DNA of 63,674 nucleotides, the filler included, from Octopus bimaculoides (lineage: Eukaryota), in the NCBI RefSeq assembly GCF_001194135.2. It is 10 parts of 9 records of this genome, joined end to end, with 100 filler letters (N's around TTAATTAATTAA, not from the genome) between each part and the next. Parts side by side here need not be neighbours in the genome. Positions count along the whole stretch, not along the records: positions 52,134 to 54,531 come from NC_068998.1; positions 54,632 to 58,848 come from NW_026302363.1; positions 58,949 to 61,697 come from NC_068990.1; positions 61,798 to 63,674 come from NW_026428839.1; 6 more parts are not named here. One strand, given 5' to 3'. Of the stretch, positions 53,193-63,674 are shown piece after piece. The position numbers and the translations under genes were made by a program. Each line of letters opens with the position of its first letter. The stretch's first letter is position 1. The notes under the pieces were generated by a model, which did not search any database, was not told the DNA's origin, and saw only the letters and a program-made list of their open reading frames with translations.

Positions 53193-53542
53193 CAGCAGCA
53201 GCAGCAGCAGCAGCAGCGGTGATATTAGTGATCGTAGTAATAATAGTGTATGATGATAATAAGCTCTGTTGAAGAGCTAAAAGCAGGCGCAGAAATAGAC
53301 TTCAGCAAGAACTTACGTGAACCAGATGTGTGTTAAGAAGTCTCTGAGGGAATCAGAAATGCTGGAAAGTCAGAACTTTTATCGTTCAGTGGAACCAAGA
53401 ACGGTGACACCATTTCTTTATTTCTAAATCGAAAATAATGTCTTTTGCTCGGCCATTCTGGGAGATCTTGTGTTGGTTTTTTCCAGGAAGCACATTCTCA
53501 TTTTCGAGTAGATACGGACATATATACACGCGCGCACGTATT

Positions 53543-53610
<68 letters not shown>

Positions 53611-53867
53611 TGTGTGTGTCTGAGTGTGCGTGTATGTCTGTTTATGTGTCTATGTGTCCGTGCATATAGTCTGGACCCCCCCTCCACAACACAAACGCAC
53701 ACATGCGATGTATTATTTGGATACAAGGACACTAACGCAAACACACACACACATTGCACACACGCGCTCACACAAACACAAACATACACACATACACACA
53801 AATGAGCGTGCATGTGCACAGCTATGTGTGTCTGTCTATTTATCAATGTAGTGATAAATACATATAT

Positions 53868-54135
53868 ACTTTTTACTCTTTTACTTGTTTCAGTAATTTG
53901 ACTGTGGCCATGCTGGAGCACCGCCTTTAGTCGAGCAAATCGACCCCAGGACTTATTCTTTGTAAGCCTAGTACTTATTCCATCGCTAAGTTACNNNNNN
54001 NNNNATCGACCCCAGGACTTATTCTTTGTAAGCCTAGTACTTATTCCATCGCTAAGTTACGGGAACGTAAACACACCACCATCGGTTGTCAAGCGATGTT
54101 GGGGGGTGGGGGGACAAACACAGACACACAAACAT
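53868..54135 (-). mobile_element. SINE family A, 3' half
   Basis: CTCTTTTACTTGTTTCAG..GGCCATGCTGGAGCACCGCCTTTAGTCGAGCAAATCGACCCCAGG..GTTGTCAAGCGATGTTGGGG; contains a 56-bp duplication across a 10-N gap. Confidence 0.88.
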
Positions 54136-54210
54136 ATACACACATAAAAACATATATATATGTAAGGTACCGTTATCCCAACACATTTTCAATTCCCATT
54201 TTTGTCTCTT

Positions 54211-54243
<33 letters not shown>

Positions 54244-54266
54244 GTCTCTCTCTCTCTCTCTATCTC

Positions 54267-54299
<33 letters not shown>

Positions 54300-54720
54300 T
54301 TGCATATTTTCCCTCCTCCCTTTCCGTCGAAGGGCGTAGGTTTGAAACGTCAAAACCTTTTCCGTTTTTCACGAGTGTCAAGAAAATACACCTTACTTGT
54401 TGCTCCTTCATCTGTTTCTGAATTTTGTCTTTTGTGAATTTGGACCATACACGTATAGATATACACGTACATGCGTACGTTCGTAATGCCCGTGTATAAA
54501 AGGTAGGCATAGATTACCTAAACTGGATCACNNNNNNNNNNNNNNNNNNNNNNNNNNNNNNNNNNNNNNNNNNNNTTAATTAATTAANNNNNNNNNNNNN
54601 NNNNNNNNNNNNNNNNNNNNNNNNNNNNNNNTTATACTGCTGTAGAATTAATGCATTTGCAATAAATATGCAAACTAGAAAATATTACTTTCTACGATAT
54701 GATCTGAATGTGCCTATATA

Positions 54721-54890
54721 GGTGCAGCCATGGCTGTGTGGTAGGAAGCTTGCTTCCCAACCACATGGCTCTGGGTTCAGTTCCACTGCATGGCATCTTC
54801 GACAACTCTTTTCCACTATAGCCTCGGGCCTACCAAAGACTTGTGAGTGGATTTAGTAGACAGAAACTGAAAAGAAGCCTGCTGTATATA
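54721..54890 (+). mobile_element. SINE family A, 5' half, followed by (TA)n and then the RTE LINE
   Basis: GGCTGTGTGGTAGGAAGCTTGCTTCCCAACCACATGG..TAGCCTCGGGCC..GAAACTGAAAAGAAGCC. Confidence 0.88.
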
Positions 54891-54943
54891 TATATATATA
54901 TATATATANNNNNNNNNNTATATATATATATATATATATATAT

Positions 54944-56936
54944 CAGGGTTGGCACTCTCAACGTCAGCACACAAGATTGTTGAGATGTGTGGCTATCTGC
55001 TGCCTCCAAAAAGGTGGAGAGGAGGTTCCTCACAGGCAAAGAACACAGGTACAAGGTTTTCTGGGTAGAGAACACAGATGGGGTCGGGGGCGTGAGTATA
55101 CTTCTAGTGGAGAAATGGGTGGATAAGGTAATCGAGGTAGTCAGAGTAGGCGATAGAATACATAAAATTAGATTAGTCCCTCATCATGGCTCAGCAACCA
55201 TTATCTCAGCCTATGCCCCTCAGCCAGGGCTGCCCGATGGACAGAAAGACTGATTTTATGACACCTTCTTACAGACTACCTCATTGACGAATGACAGGGA
55301 CCTTCACTTTGTGGCTGGTGACTTCAATGGTATACATGGAGGCTATGGTTTTGGCTCCTGCAATGAGGAGGGAACCAGGCTGCTGGAGTTCTGCGATGCA
55401 AATGACCTTATGGTTTGCAATACTAACTTCAGGAAACCTGCTAGTCACCTAGTCACCTACCGTTCTGGTAGACACACTAGCCAAATTGACTACATCCTCG
55501 CCAGAAAAAGGGAAAGATGGCTGCTTATGAATGCCAAAACCTTCCCAGGCGAAGAATGTACCCCACAACATAGACTAATAGTTAGTGACTTCAGGATCAG
55601 GGATAAGTGGTTGCCCAGAAGACGACCAGCTTGGAGGAGAAGGGTCTGGAAGCTTAAAGATCCTGCGAATGGACAGAGANNNNNNNNNNNNNNNNNNNNN
55701 NNNNNNNNNNNNNNNNNNNNNNNNNNNNNNNNNNNNNNNNNNNNNNNNNNNNNNNNNNNNNNNNNNNNNNNNNNNNNNNNNNNNNNNNNNNNNNNNNNNN
55801 NNNNNNNNNNNNNNNNNNNNNNNNNNNNNNNNNNNNNNNNNNNNNNNNNNNNNNNNNNNNNNNNNNNNAGACTTATTACTCGAAGCCTTTGATGAAATAG
55901 AAGGGGATATAGCTTCACACGATGTAGAAGACAACTGGAGGTTTCTATGGGACAACTTGCTGAGGGCCACTGACCAGATCTGTGGATGGTGCAAAGTCCC
56001 CTCTTGACCCAAAATAATGTGGTGGTGGAACAATGTTGTTGACAGGGCTATTAGAGAAAAGAAACAGGCTTGGAAGGACTGTAAGAACGGTGGTAGCAGG
56101 GAATTGTATCAGACTGCCAGAAGGAAACCTAGGAGACAAGTTTATTTAGCCAGAGGGGAAGCAGATAAGAAAAAATTTGCTAAGGTTCTGTGCCGTGAGG
56201 ACCAAAGACTTGAGATATTTCGTGTTGCAAGACAGTGTGTGAGAGAGAATTTTGATGTAGGAGAGAAAAGTGTTCCCATGGATGATGGTATGCTTGCACT
56301 AAACGAGGCTGCAAAGAAAGAGGTTTGGAGACGCCACTAATGAAAGGTTGCTCAATAAAGAGAACGAATGGGAGAAAGAGAGTCTGCCAAATGTCAACCC
56401 AATAGAAGGACCAGCTACCTGAGTTGACAGTACCATGATAGATATAGTTAACCAGGTGATACACGAAGGAGACATACCCAATGACTGGTTTAGCAGCACC
56501 ATAGTCAACTGCTACAAAGGTAAAGGTGACGCTTTAGATACAAATAATTACAGAGGTATCAAGTTGTTAGATCAGGTAATGAAAGTCACGGAGAGGGTCA
56601 TAGCCCAACTAATTAGGGAGCGAGTCAGTTTAGATGAGATGCAGTTTGGGTTTGTGCCAGGGAAAGGCACTACTGATGCTATATTTCTGGTAAGATGGCT
56701 GCAGGTGAAATACCTAGTCAAAGATAAACCTCTGTACCTGGCTTTCGTTGACATGGAGAAAGCCTTTGACAGGGTTCCCCGATCCCTTATCTGGTGAGTA
56801 ATGAGGAAACTAGGGATAGATGAATGGTTAGTGAGAGTTGTGCAAGCCATGTACAGGGACACTGTCAGTAAGGTGAGGGTTGGCAACGAGTACAGTGAAG
56901 AATTCCGGGTAGAGGTAGGAGTCCACCAAGGTTCAG
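54944..56936 (+). mobile_element. RTE-clade LINE (APE endonuclease + N-terminal RT), degenerate, cut by gaps
   Basis: Translated motifs in order: RVGTLNV (54945), GGVSILL, SAYAPQ, AGDFNG, GGYGFGSCNEEGTRLLEFC, NTNFRK, TYRSG..SQIDYIL, QHRL, WWWN, NYRGIKLL, QFGFVPGKGTTDAIF, FVDMEKAFDRV, GVHQGS. In-frame stops and internal deletions; runs into the N gap at 56937. Confidence 0.95.
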
Positions 56937-57989
56937 NNNNNNNNNNNNNNNNNNNNNNNNNNNNNNNNNNNNNNNNNNNNNNNNNNNNNNNNNNNNNNNN
57001 NNNNNNNNNNNNNNNNNNNNNNNNNNNNNNNNNNNNNNNNNNNNNNNNNNNNNNNNNNNNNNNNNNNNNNNNNNNNNNNNNNNNNNNNNNNNNNNNNNNN
57101 NNNNNNNNNNNNNNNNNNNNNNNNNNNNNNNNNNNNNNNNNNNNNNNNNNNNNNNNNNNNNNNNNNNNNNNNNNNNNNNNNNNNNNNNNNNNNNNNNNNN
57201 NNNNNNNNNNNNNNNNNNNNNNNNNNNNNNNNNNNNNNNNNNNNNNNNNNNNNNNNNNNNNNNNNNNNNNNNNNNNNNNNNNNNNNNNNNNNNNNNNNNN
57301 NNNNNNNNNNNNNNNNNNNNNNNNNNNNNNNNNNNNNNNNNNNNNNNNNNNNNNNNNNNNNNNNNNNNNNNNNNNNNNNNNNNNNNNNNNNNNNNNNNNN
57401 NNNNNNNNNNNNNNNNNNNNNNNNNNNNNNNNNNNNNNNNNNNNNNNNNNNNNNNNNNNNNNNNNNNNNNNNNNNNNNNNNNNNNNNNNNNNNNNNNNNN
57501 NNNNNNNNNNNNNNNNNNNNNNNNNNNNNNNNNNNNNNNNNNNNNNNNNNNNNNNNNNNNNNNNNNNNNNNNNNNNNNNNNNNNNNNNNNNNNNNNNNNN
57601 NNNNNNNNNNNNNNNNNNNNNNNNNNNNNNNNNNNNNNNNNNNNNNNNNNNNNNNNNNNNNNNNNNNNNNNNNNNNNNNNNNNNNNNNNNNNNNNNNNNN
57701 NNNNNNNNNNNNNNNNNNNNNNNNNNNNNNNNNNNNNNNNNNNNNNNNNNNNNNNNNNNNNNNNNNNNNNNNNNNNNNNNNNNNNNNNNNNNNNNNNNNN
57801 NNNNNNNNNNATATGTATACATATACATCTCTCTTTCTCTCTCTCTGAAGGTATCTGTCATTACAGTATCGAAATGTGATTGTTTCAGTTAGTGGAATAG
57901 TTTCATTTTTAAAGTGAAAGTATTTGACCTGAGTGTTTTTGTTTCACTTTTGACACGTAATACTTAAATAGTGGTGGAGATATTATGTT

Positions 57990-58185
57990 GCCGTGGGCTC
58001 GAACTCTGCAAGAAGTTAAAAAATTTTTTTGACTAAAACACAACTGGAACCCTAAGTAAGGCATGTGTAAAATTTGAATGAAATTGGTTGCGTAATTCTC
58101 GAGTTTTAGGGATTCACACACACACAGACAGACAAACAGACAGACAGATAGACAGACACACATTCTCATTTATATATATATAGAT
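57990..58185 (+). mobile_element. Possible non-autonomous Helitron/Helentron-type (HINE/Lep1-like) 3' end
   Basis: TGTAAAATTTGAATGAAATTGGTTGCGTAATTCTCGAGTTTTAGGG-(CA)n(CAGA)n-CATTCTCATTTATATATATATAGAT matches the typical layout (core, CAGA microsatellite, ..TATAGAT end). Pattern recall only. Confidence 0.45.
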
Positions 58186-58189
58186 TACA

Positions 58190-58575
58190 CTTAAATCGCC
58201 CCAGGACAATATTTTTAGAGTTCTTTCTTAAAGTGTCCTTCACTTTTTGATGAAAAACGATACACATTTCAGAGTATTTGGCTGCTATTTCTAGCATGAT
58301 GTTATGCTATCTATAGGACAATATTTGACATGGATGCTTTGTCAATTGTCCTTCGATTTTAATTTGTGATAAAACAAAAATTTGAAGGTTTTGGTAACTG
58401 TTTCTAGCATAAAATGAGACCTTATAGAGGCCAATTTCATTTATAAAGGCTTCTTAACTGTCCTTCAAATTTTATATGAAAATTAAAGTGAATTTGAAGT
58501 CACTTGGTTTCTATTTCTAGCATGAAAAATGACCAGCTATGGGAAAGCTTTTAATAAATACTTCTTAGAGTGTCC
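58190..58575 (+). repeat. Degenerate tandem array, ~112-113 bp unit, ~3.4 copies
   Basis: TGTCC(TTC) at 58234, 58347, 58459, 58571; TTTCTAGCAT at 58288, 58401, 58514; AGGACAAT-like at the unit starts. Confidence 0.8.
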
Positions 58576-58709
58576 GGTGATCTTTCGATACCAATCCTCC
58601 TTTTTGCTTCAGCGTTTGTTTACATCAATTCGGCAATTTCCGTAAGGAAAGAGGGAAAGGACGTTAGTCAGCGACAGCTCTGACCTGTTAGGTAGCAGAC
58701 AGCAGGGAT

Positions 58710-58848
58710 CCCCTCCCTCAAGAACACATGCCAGTGATCTATCTTTCCTCCTCCCTTCCCCCTCTCTTAAAAACACATGCCAGTTATCTCTCGCTTTTTC
58801 TCTCTCTCTCTATCTCTTTCACCCTCCCTTAAAAACACATGTCACTTA
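58710..58848 (+). repeat. Minisatellite, ~50-60 bp unit, three copies running into a gap
   Basis: Core CCCTCYCTYAARAACACATGYCA at ~58711, ~58760 and ~58822 with pyrimidine spacers. Confidence 0.75.
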
Positions 58849-59033
58849 NNNNNNNNNNNNNNNNNNNNNNNNNNNNNNNNNNNNNNNNNNNNTTAATTAA
58901 TTAANNNNNNNNNNNNNNNNNNNNNNNNNNNNNNNNNNNNNNNNNNNNTGATACATCAATTAGAAAGCATTTTTTTTTCTTCATGATCTTTGACAACTAT
59001 ATCTGGTCTATTTGCCTTAATTTCTCTATCTGT

Positions 59034-59111
<78 letters not shown>

Positions 59112-59273
59112 GGGCGGTGAGCTGACAATCGTTAACACGCAGGGCAAAATGTGTCATTTCGTCCATCCTTACGGTTTGAGTTCAAATTCCGCCCAGTTGA
59201 GCTCTGGGGTCGATGTAATCAACTCCCCAAACTTGCTGGCCTTGAGCCAAAATTTGAAACCATTATTATTATT
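59112..59273 (+). mobile_element. SINE family E (internally deleted) between (TTA)n and the Dong-type LINE
   Basis: GGGCGGTGAGCTGAC..GAGTTCAAATTCCGCC..CTGGGGTCGATGTAATC..AAATTTGAAACC(ATT)4. Confidence 0.85.
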
Positions 59274-61452
59274 GCCTTCCCTTCTTCGTCCATTACATTT
59301 TCTGGTGTATGTTGGTGCCAAGCATCCATTACCTCGTGTTCATACTTCCGGCATAGTGGCTAGTGAAGGTTTTGCGCTACTTTGTCGTGTCTGCGCTTGT
59401 ACTCTTTCTGCGCAAGACTTTCACAAGCACAAACAATGTGAGTCACGCTTTCGACCATCTTCTCACACATTCGGCAGAGGTTCGTTGCACTTGTGTAGTG
59501 TATATCATTTTTCACTGAGTTGGTATTCAATGCCTGATCCTGGGCTGTGATGATTAGGCTTTCAGTATTCTTTCTTAGGTCACCTTTGCTGAGCCACCTC
59601 CATGATGCTTCTTGGTCTTTTACGTTGTCAGTTTCAAGGTGGAACCGACCAAATAATTCTATGCGGAATTCATGAGCACTCTGAAGCTCATTTTTGGTAA
59701 ATCCTTCTGCATCAGCAGCATACTGTGGCAGGTCTTGTTTGCTGTTTACCAAATATTTTGTCATGTTTCTTCTTTCACTGTTAATGCACTCCCGTTCGCT
59801 GATCAGCCCACATCCACCTTTACCCCTCTTCATGTAGAGTCTGTGTACATTCGCTTTAAGGTGGAGTGCACCGTGTATTGTCATTGTCTTTCTGGTAGTG
59901 CTATCGAGTTGGTTAATATCCATTTGTGTACATTTCAGGATGGGTCACTATAACGGACTACAGCAATAGCCCATATGTTGACGGCAGTCACAAGGTTCCT
60001 TGAGTTGAGTCTTGATTTCAAGAGAAGTTTGAGGTGCTTCAGACATGCAGTTTCATTTCTCTGTGCAAGATATTGTCCAGCTCCAGGATTCCAAGGTACT
60101 TGTACCCATCATCATTCGGGTTTTCTATTCTCTCTCCTTTGGAAAATTCTATGCCCCTACAATCTGCTCTTTTCCCTCGTTTCAAAGTGAGCACCGCACA
60201 CTTCTAGATACCGAATTCCATCCCTATATCTTTGCTGCACATCTGCACAGCTTCTCCAGTTCAGGCTTTTAAAATCATCCATGAAGAGTAGATGGTTGAG
60301 ACGAGGTCTATTCTTTCTCAGCTCATAGTGCGCGCTGACTTTGGTTAGGACTACAGAAAGTGAGATCAAGACTATAACAAATAACAAAGGTAAACAAAAG
60401 TCTCCCTGGAAGATATCTCTTTCGATTGTTACCTCGGCTAAGCGCTGGTTTTTACAGAAAAGACATGTTTTCCAACTAGGCATGCAGTTCTTAATCAGTG
60501 CACACACGTTCTCAGTTATTCGACACATGTCGTGTGTTTCCAAAACCCACGAAAGTGGCAACATGTTGTAAGCCTTTTAAAAATCTATCCAGGTCATGCA
60601 CAAGTTTTTTTGATACCGTTTACGGTTCTTCATTACAACCTTGTCTATCACAAGGAGGTCCTTGGTGCCCTTGGATCGTTTTCGGCATCCCTTTTGTTCT
60701 ACTGGAAGTAGATTATTTTCCTCATGGAACGTATATATTTTCTCTGCAAGGATGCCTGTTAACACTTTCCATCAGAAGTTAAGACAAGCAATGGTTCGGT
60801 AATTGCCAACCTTATTGCTCTTTGACCGCTCTTTCATCAACAATGTTGTCTTTCTCTCGACAATCCACTCAGGAACTGCACCGATTTGTAGACAATTGTC
60901 TAATTGTAACGCAATTCGCTTGTGTGTTGACCTGAACCACTTGAATTCCGTTTGGTCCTGCCACTTTCAAGTTTGTCAGTCTTGATACCTGTACAATTAC
61001 ATCTTCCGTTGCTATGCACACATAGACCTGTCGTGGAGCCACCGGGTGATCCTACGGAATGAATCCATGCAGCATCGTGGTTGTGAGTAACTTTCTGCCC
61101 CCAAATGTTACTCAAAAATTGGCGGGTTTTCTCTGCTTCAGGGGGTATATTATTTTCCGTATCTCCTCTTAAAAAACTGGCTCTGGTTATTTGAGAATAA
61201 CCGCTTTTGCTGGAACTGCGATATGCGATCCGTGTAGCGTTGCACCTTTAATATTTTTGCTCGCACACGTTATTTTAAGGTTTCAATAACAGTTTTGAAC
61301 CCTTTCTTTTCTATTTGGTATTTTGCGTCAAGATATGCCCTTGCACCTTTCTTAGCATTTTCCATTGCCCTTTAGACTATTCTTCTATACGACTCAGATC
61401 TTTACACAAAGTTTTAATATCGCCTTCATTTCCACAATGGCACCTTCTGTCC

Positions 61453-61454
<2 letters not shown>
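59274..61454 (-). mobile_element. R4/Dong-clade (RLE-type) non-LTR retrotransposon fragment, 5'- and 3'-truncated, frameshifted
   Basis: Minus strand gives QRYTDRISQFQQ.RLF, EQKGCRKRSKGTKDLLVID, IFQGD..PLLF, NHLLFMDD, YKYLGILE, LNSRNLVTAVNIWA, RLYMKRGKGGCGL, WLSKGDL..ES LIITAQDQAL, the CCHC knuckle CRMC..ESVTHIVCAC and RHDKVA. Bordered by (TAA)n on the minus strand. Clade call is from remembered motifs. Confidence 0.88.
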
Positions 61455-61518
<64 letters not shown>

Positions 61519-61519
<1 letters not shown>

Positions 61520-61697
61520 TTATGTTTGACTTTTGCTTTGCATTTGTACAAGTTGGATCCAAGTCTCACCCAGAGGCCTCAAGAGACAACAAGTTAGAAG
61601 TTCATGTAGGTGTTATGCCTAGGGTACCATATATTTGGATTTGTACATAGTGTTGTTCTAGAGAATGTTTAAGAAACCATAAGAAAATTATGTGTTT
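61519..61697 (-). mobile_element. Probable 3' UTR of a second (TAA)n-tailed LINE; its 5' part is lost in the gap
   Basis: On the minus strand, unique sequence ends ..GCAAAAGTCAAACATAAAA directly into (TAA)~21 (61455-61518), which abuts the 5' end of the Dong-type fragment. No ORF is visible; identity is inferred. Confidence 0.45.
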
Positions 61698-62434
61698 NNN
61701 NNNNNNNNNNNNNNNNNNNNNNNNNNNNNNNNNNNNNNNNNTTAATTAATTAANNNNNNNNNNNNNNNNNNNNNNNNNNNNNNNNNNNNNNNNNNNNATA
61801 CATACATACATACATACATATATACATACGTATACACACACACGCACACACGCATATATATATACACATATATGCATAATGAATCAACTGAAAGCAAAAC
61901 TACAGTAGAAAAAAATGAGATTTGTAAAAAAAAACGCGATATAAAAATCTCATAAATGCATTATCAAATAAGATAAAACAAAGTGAGATAATCAGAGAGG
62001 CCATACATAAATAAATGGATTTAATAGAATTGTCTCGAATTGGATGTAAGATGCTTTGTTTGAATATGGGGTGGAGGGTTTGTCAGTTATATAGATGAGG
62101 ATAATTAGGGGAAAGTTTGTATATACGCTGGGAAAAAACCATGATATGCGTGAAAATATTTATTTTATGATAAATGCCCAAAGGATATTTGAGTGCAAAT
62201 AAACATTTTTTTAAAGAAAATTCTAATTAAATGGTATGCTATCAACAAATTGATTTAATGTTGGAAGAACGTATTTGGGTCTAATTTGGTGTATTCTAAT
62301 TAGAAAAAGGGATTGGTTGGTTTTAATATAGCGGTGTCTAAGAAAGGCAAGATTTAATAAAACAGATTTAAAGGCCTTTTAAGTGTAACCTGAATGTAAT
62401 TGGGTGCTTTCTGTGTGCGATAATTTTCTCTTTT

Positions 62435-62600
62435 ATTACTTAATTGCTTCAATCATTAGAGCGTGGCCATGCTGGAGCAGTGCGTTGAAGGGTTCAGTCG
62501 AACGAATCGTCCCCAATACTTATTGTCTTTTAAAGCCTGGTACTTATGTTATCCATCGCTTTTGCCGTACCACTAAGTTACGGCTCGTAAACACACCAAC
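62435..62600 (-). mobile_element. SINE family A, 3' half (diverged)
   Basis: GGCCATGCTGGAGCA..GTCGAACGAATCG..GGTACTTA..CTAAGTTACGG..AAACACACC. Confidence 0.75.
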
Positions 62601-63112
62601 GAATATATATATATATATATATATATACAGGCAATTTAGGCAATTCCATATACAAAAAGTATTAAATATATTCATACAGAAAATGCTTACATATAAAAAG
62701 AAGAGAAATGATATGAGGAACGAAAGGGGTTGAATAACAGTTTACAAGTCCAACACCTGTTTCTGGAGGCTTGGTGGTTAAAAATAATGGTTGTAAATTG
62801 ATTCCATCATTGGATAATACCAGCTCCCGTTTTCAGGGAAGAAGTTTTACATTTTGAGTTGTTGTCAACAGCTGGTGGACTCGTAAAACACTTTATTCAA
62901 ATGCTTTAATTCCTGATATCATTTGTCTTCTGTGTAAGTTGGACATTTTTACATGAAAACATATCTACATATTTTTGTATTAATGTATTTAATATTTTTT
63001 TATATATCGAATTTCCTGACTTACTTATCCTTACATTTACTCCTCTACCTGCTCAAGTTTAAACCTCTTGAGCACTACGAACTGTATTTTGTAGGAGAAT
63101 GTCTATCTATCA

Positions 63113-63308
63113 ATTTTTGCCACAAGGGCAGGTTGGAGGAGATAGGGATGAGTCGATGACGTCGACCTCCAGTGTTCGATTGGTACTTATTTTATCGAAC
63201 CCGAAAAGATGAAATGCAAAGTCGACCTCGGCATAATTTGAACTCAGAACGTAGCAGCGAAATATTGCTGAGCATTTCGCGATAGCGAGTCTGCCACCTC
63301 GCCGCCTT
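63113..63308 (-). mobile_element. SINE family E
   Basis: TGGTACTTATTTTATCGAACCCGAAAAGATGAAATGCAAAGTCGACCTCGGC..CTCGCCGCCTT; adjacent to a long (AAT)n array. Confidence 0.88.
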
Positions 63309-63328
63309 ATGCAATAACAATAATGATG

Positions 63329-63389
<61 letters not shown>

Positions 63390-63435
63390 CAATAATAGTT
63401 GTAGTAGTAGTAATAATAATATTCAGAAGAGAGGG

Positions 63436-63467
<32 letters not shown>

Positions 63468-63674
63468 TAGAGGGGGAAAAAGAAGAATAGCCTCAGTACA
63501 ACAATCATTATTATCATCATCGTCATCATCATCATCATCATCATCTTCCTCATCATCATTATTATCACCATCATCATCATCATCGCCATCCTCATCCTCC
63601 ATCTCCTCCTCCACCTCCTCTTCATCATCATATTCAAAACCATCATCATCATCACCACCATCATCATCAAAACC

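Noticed and set aside
25388-61753. Recurring TTAATTAATTAA as a biological repeat or CRISPR-like unit
   Set aside because: It is always embedded in N runs, so it is an assembly linker. No CRISPR array or cas gene is present in the window.

Overview
AT-rich, microsatellite-saturated, non-genic (intergenic or deep intronic) animal DNA from a fragmented draft assembly. About 8 kb (~13%, hand count) is N. Nine joins carry a synthetic 44N-TTAATTAATTAA-44N spacer. The repeat families look like those of an octopus genome (inferred from recall, not checked). No host protein-coding gene can be identified: nearly all listed ORFs are translations of (CA)n/(TA)n/(GAT)n repeats or of N runs. Real coding-derived sequence is limited to decayed non-LTR retrotransposons: a ~2 kb RTE-clade LINE (54.9-56.9 kb, +), a ~2.2 kb R4/Dong-clade LINE (59.3-61.5 kb, -), two probable Dong-type 3' ends and two RTE relics. 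About 35 copies of tRNA-type SINEs occur in at least four families, given working labels here: A, B/C, E and F. There are also several MITE-like foldbacks and cryptic tandem arrays. Most notable leads: a tRNA-headed SINE whose 3' part folds as a Penelope-type minimal hammerhead ribozyme (mutated in this copy), (TAA)n-targeted LINE stacking with a probable SINE-mediated deletion, SINE module swapping, a 198-bp foldback, a cryptic 112-bp array and a palindromic CTCF-like site. No clearly novel protein-based system is supported.
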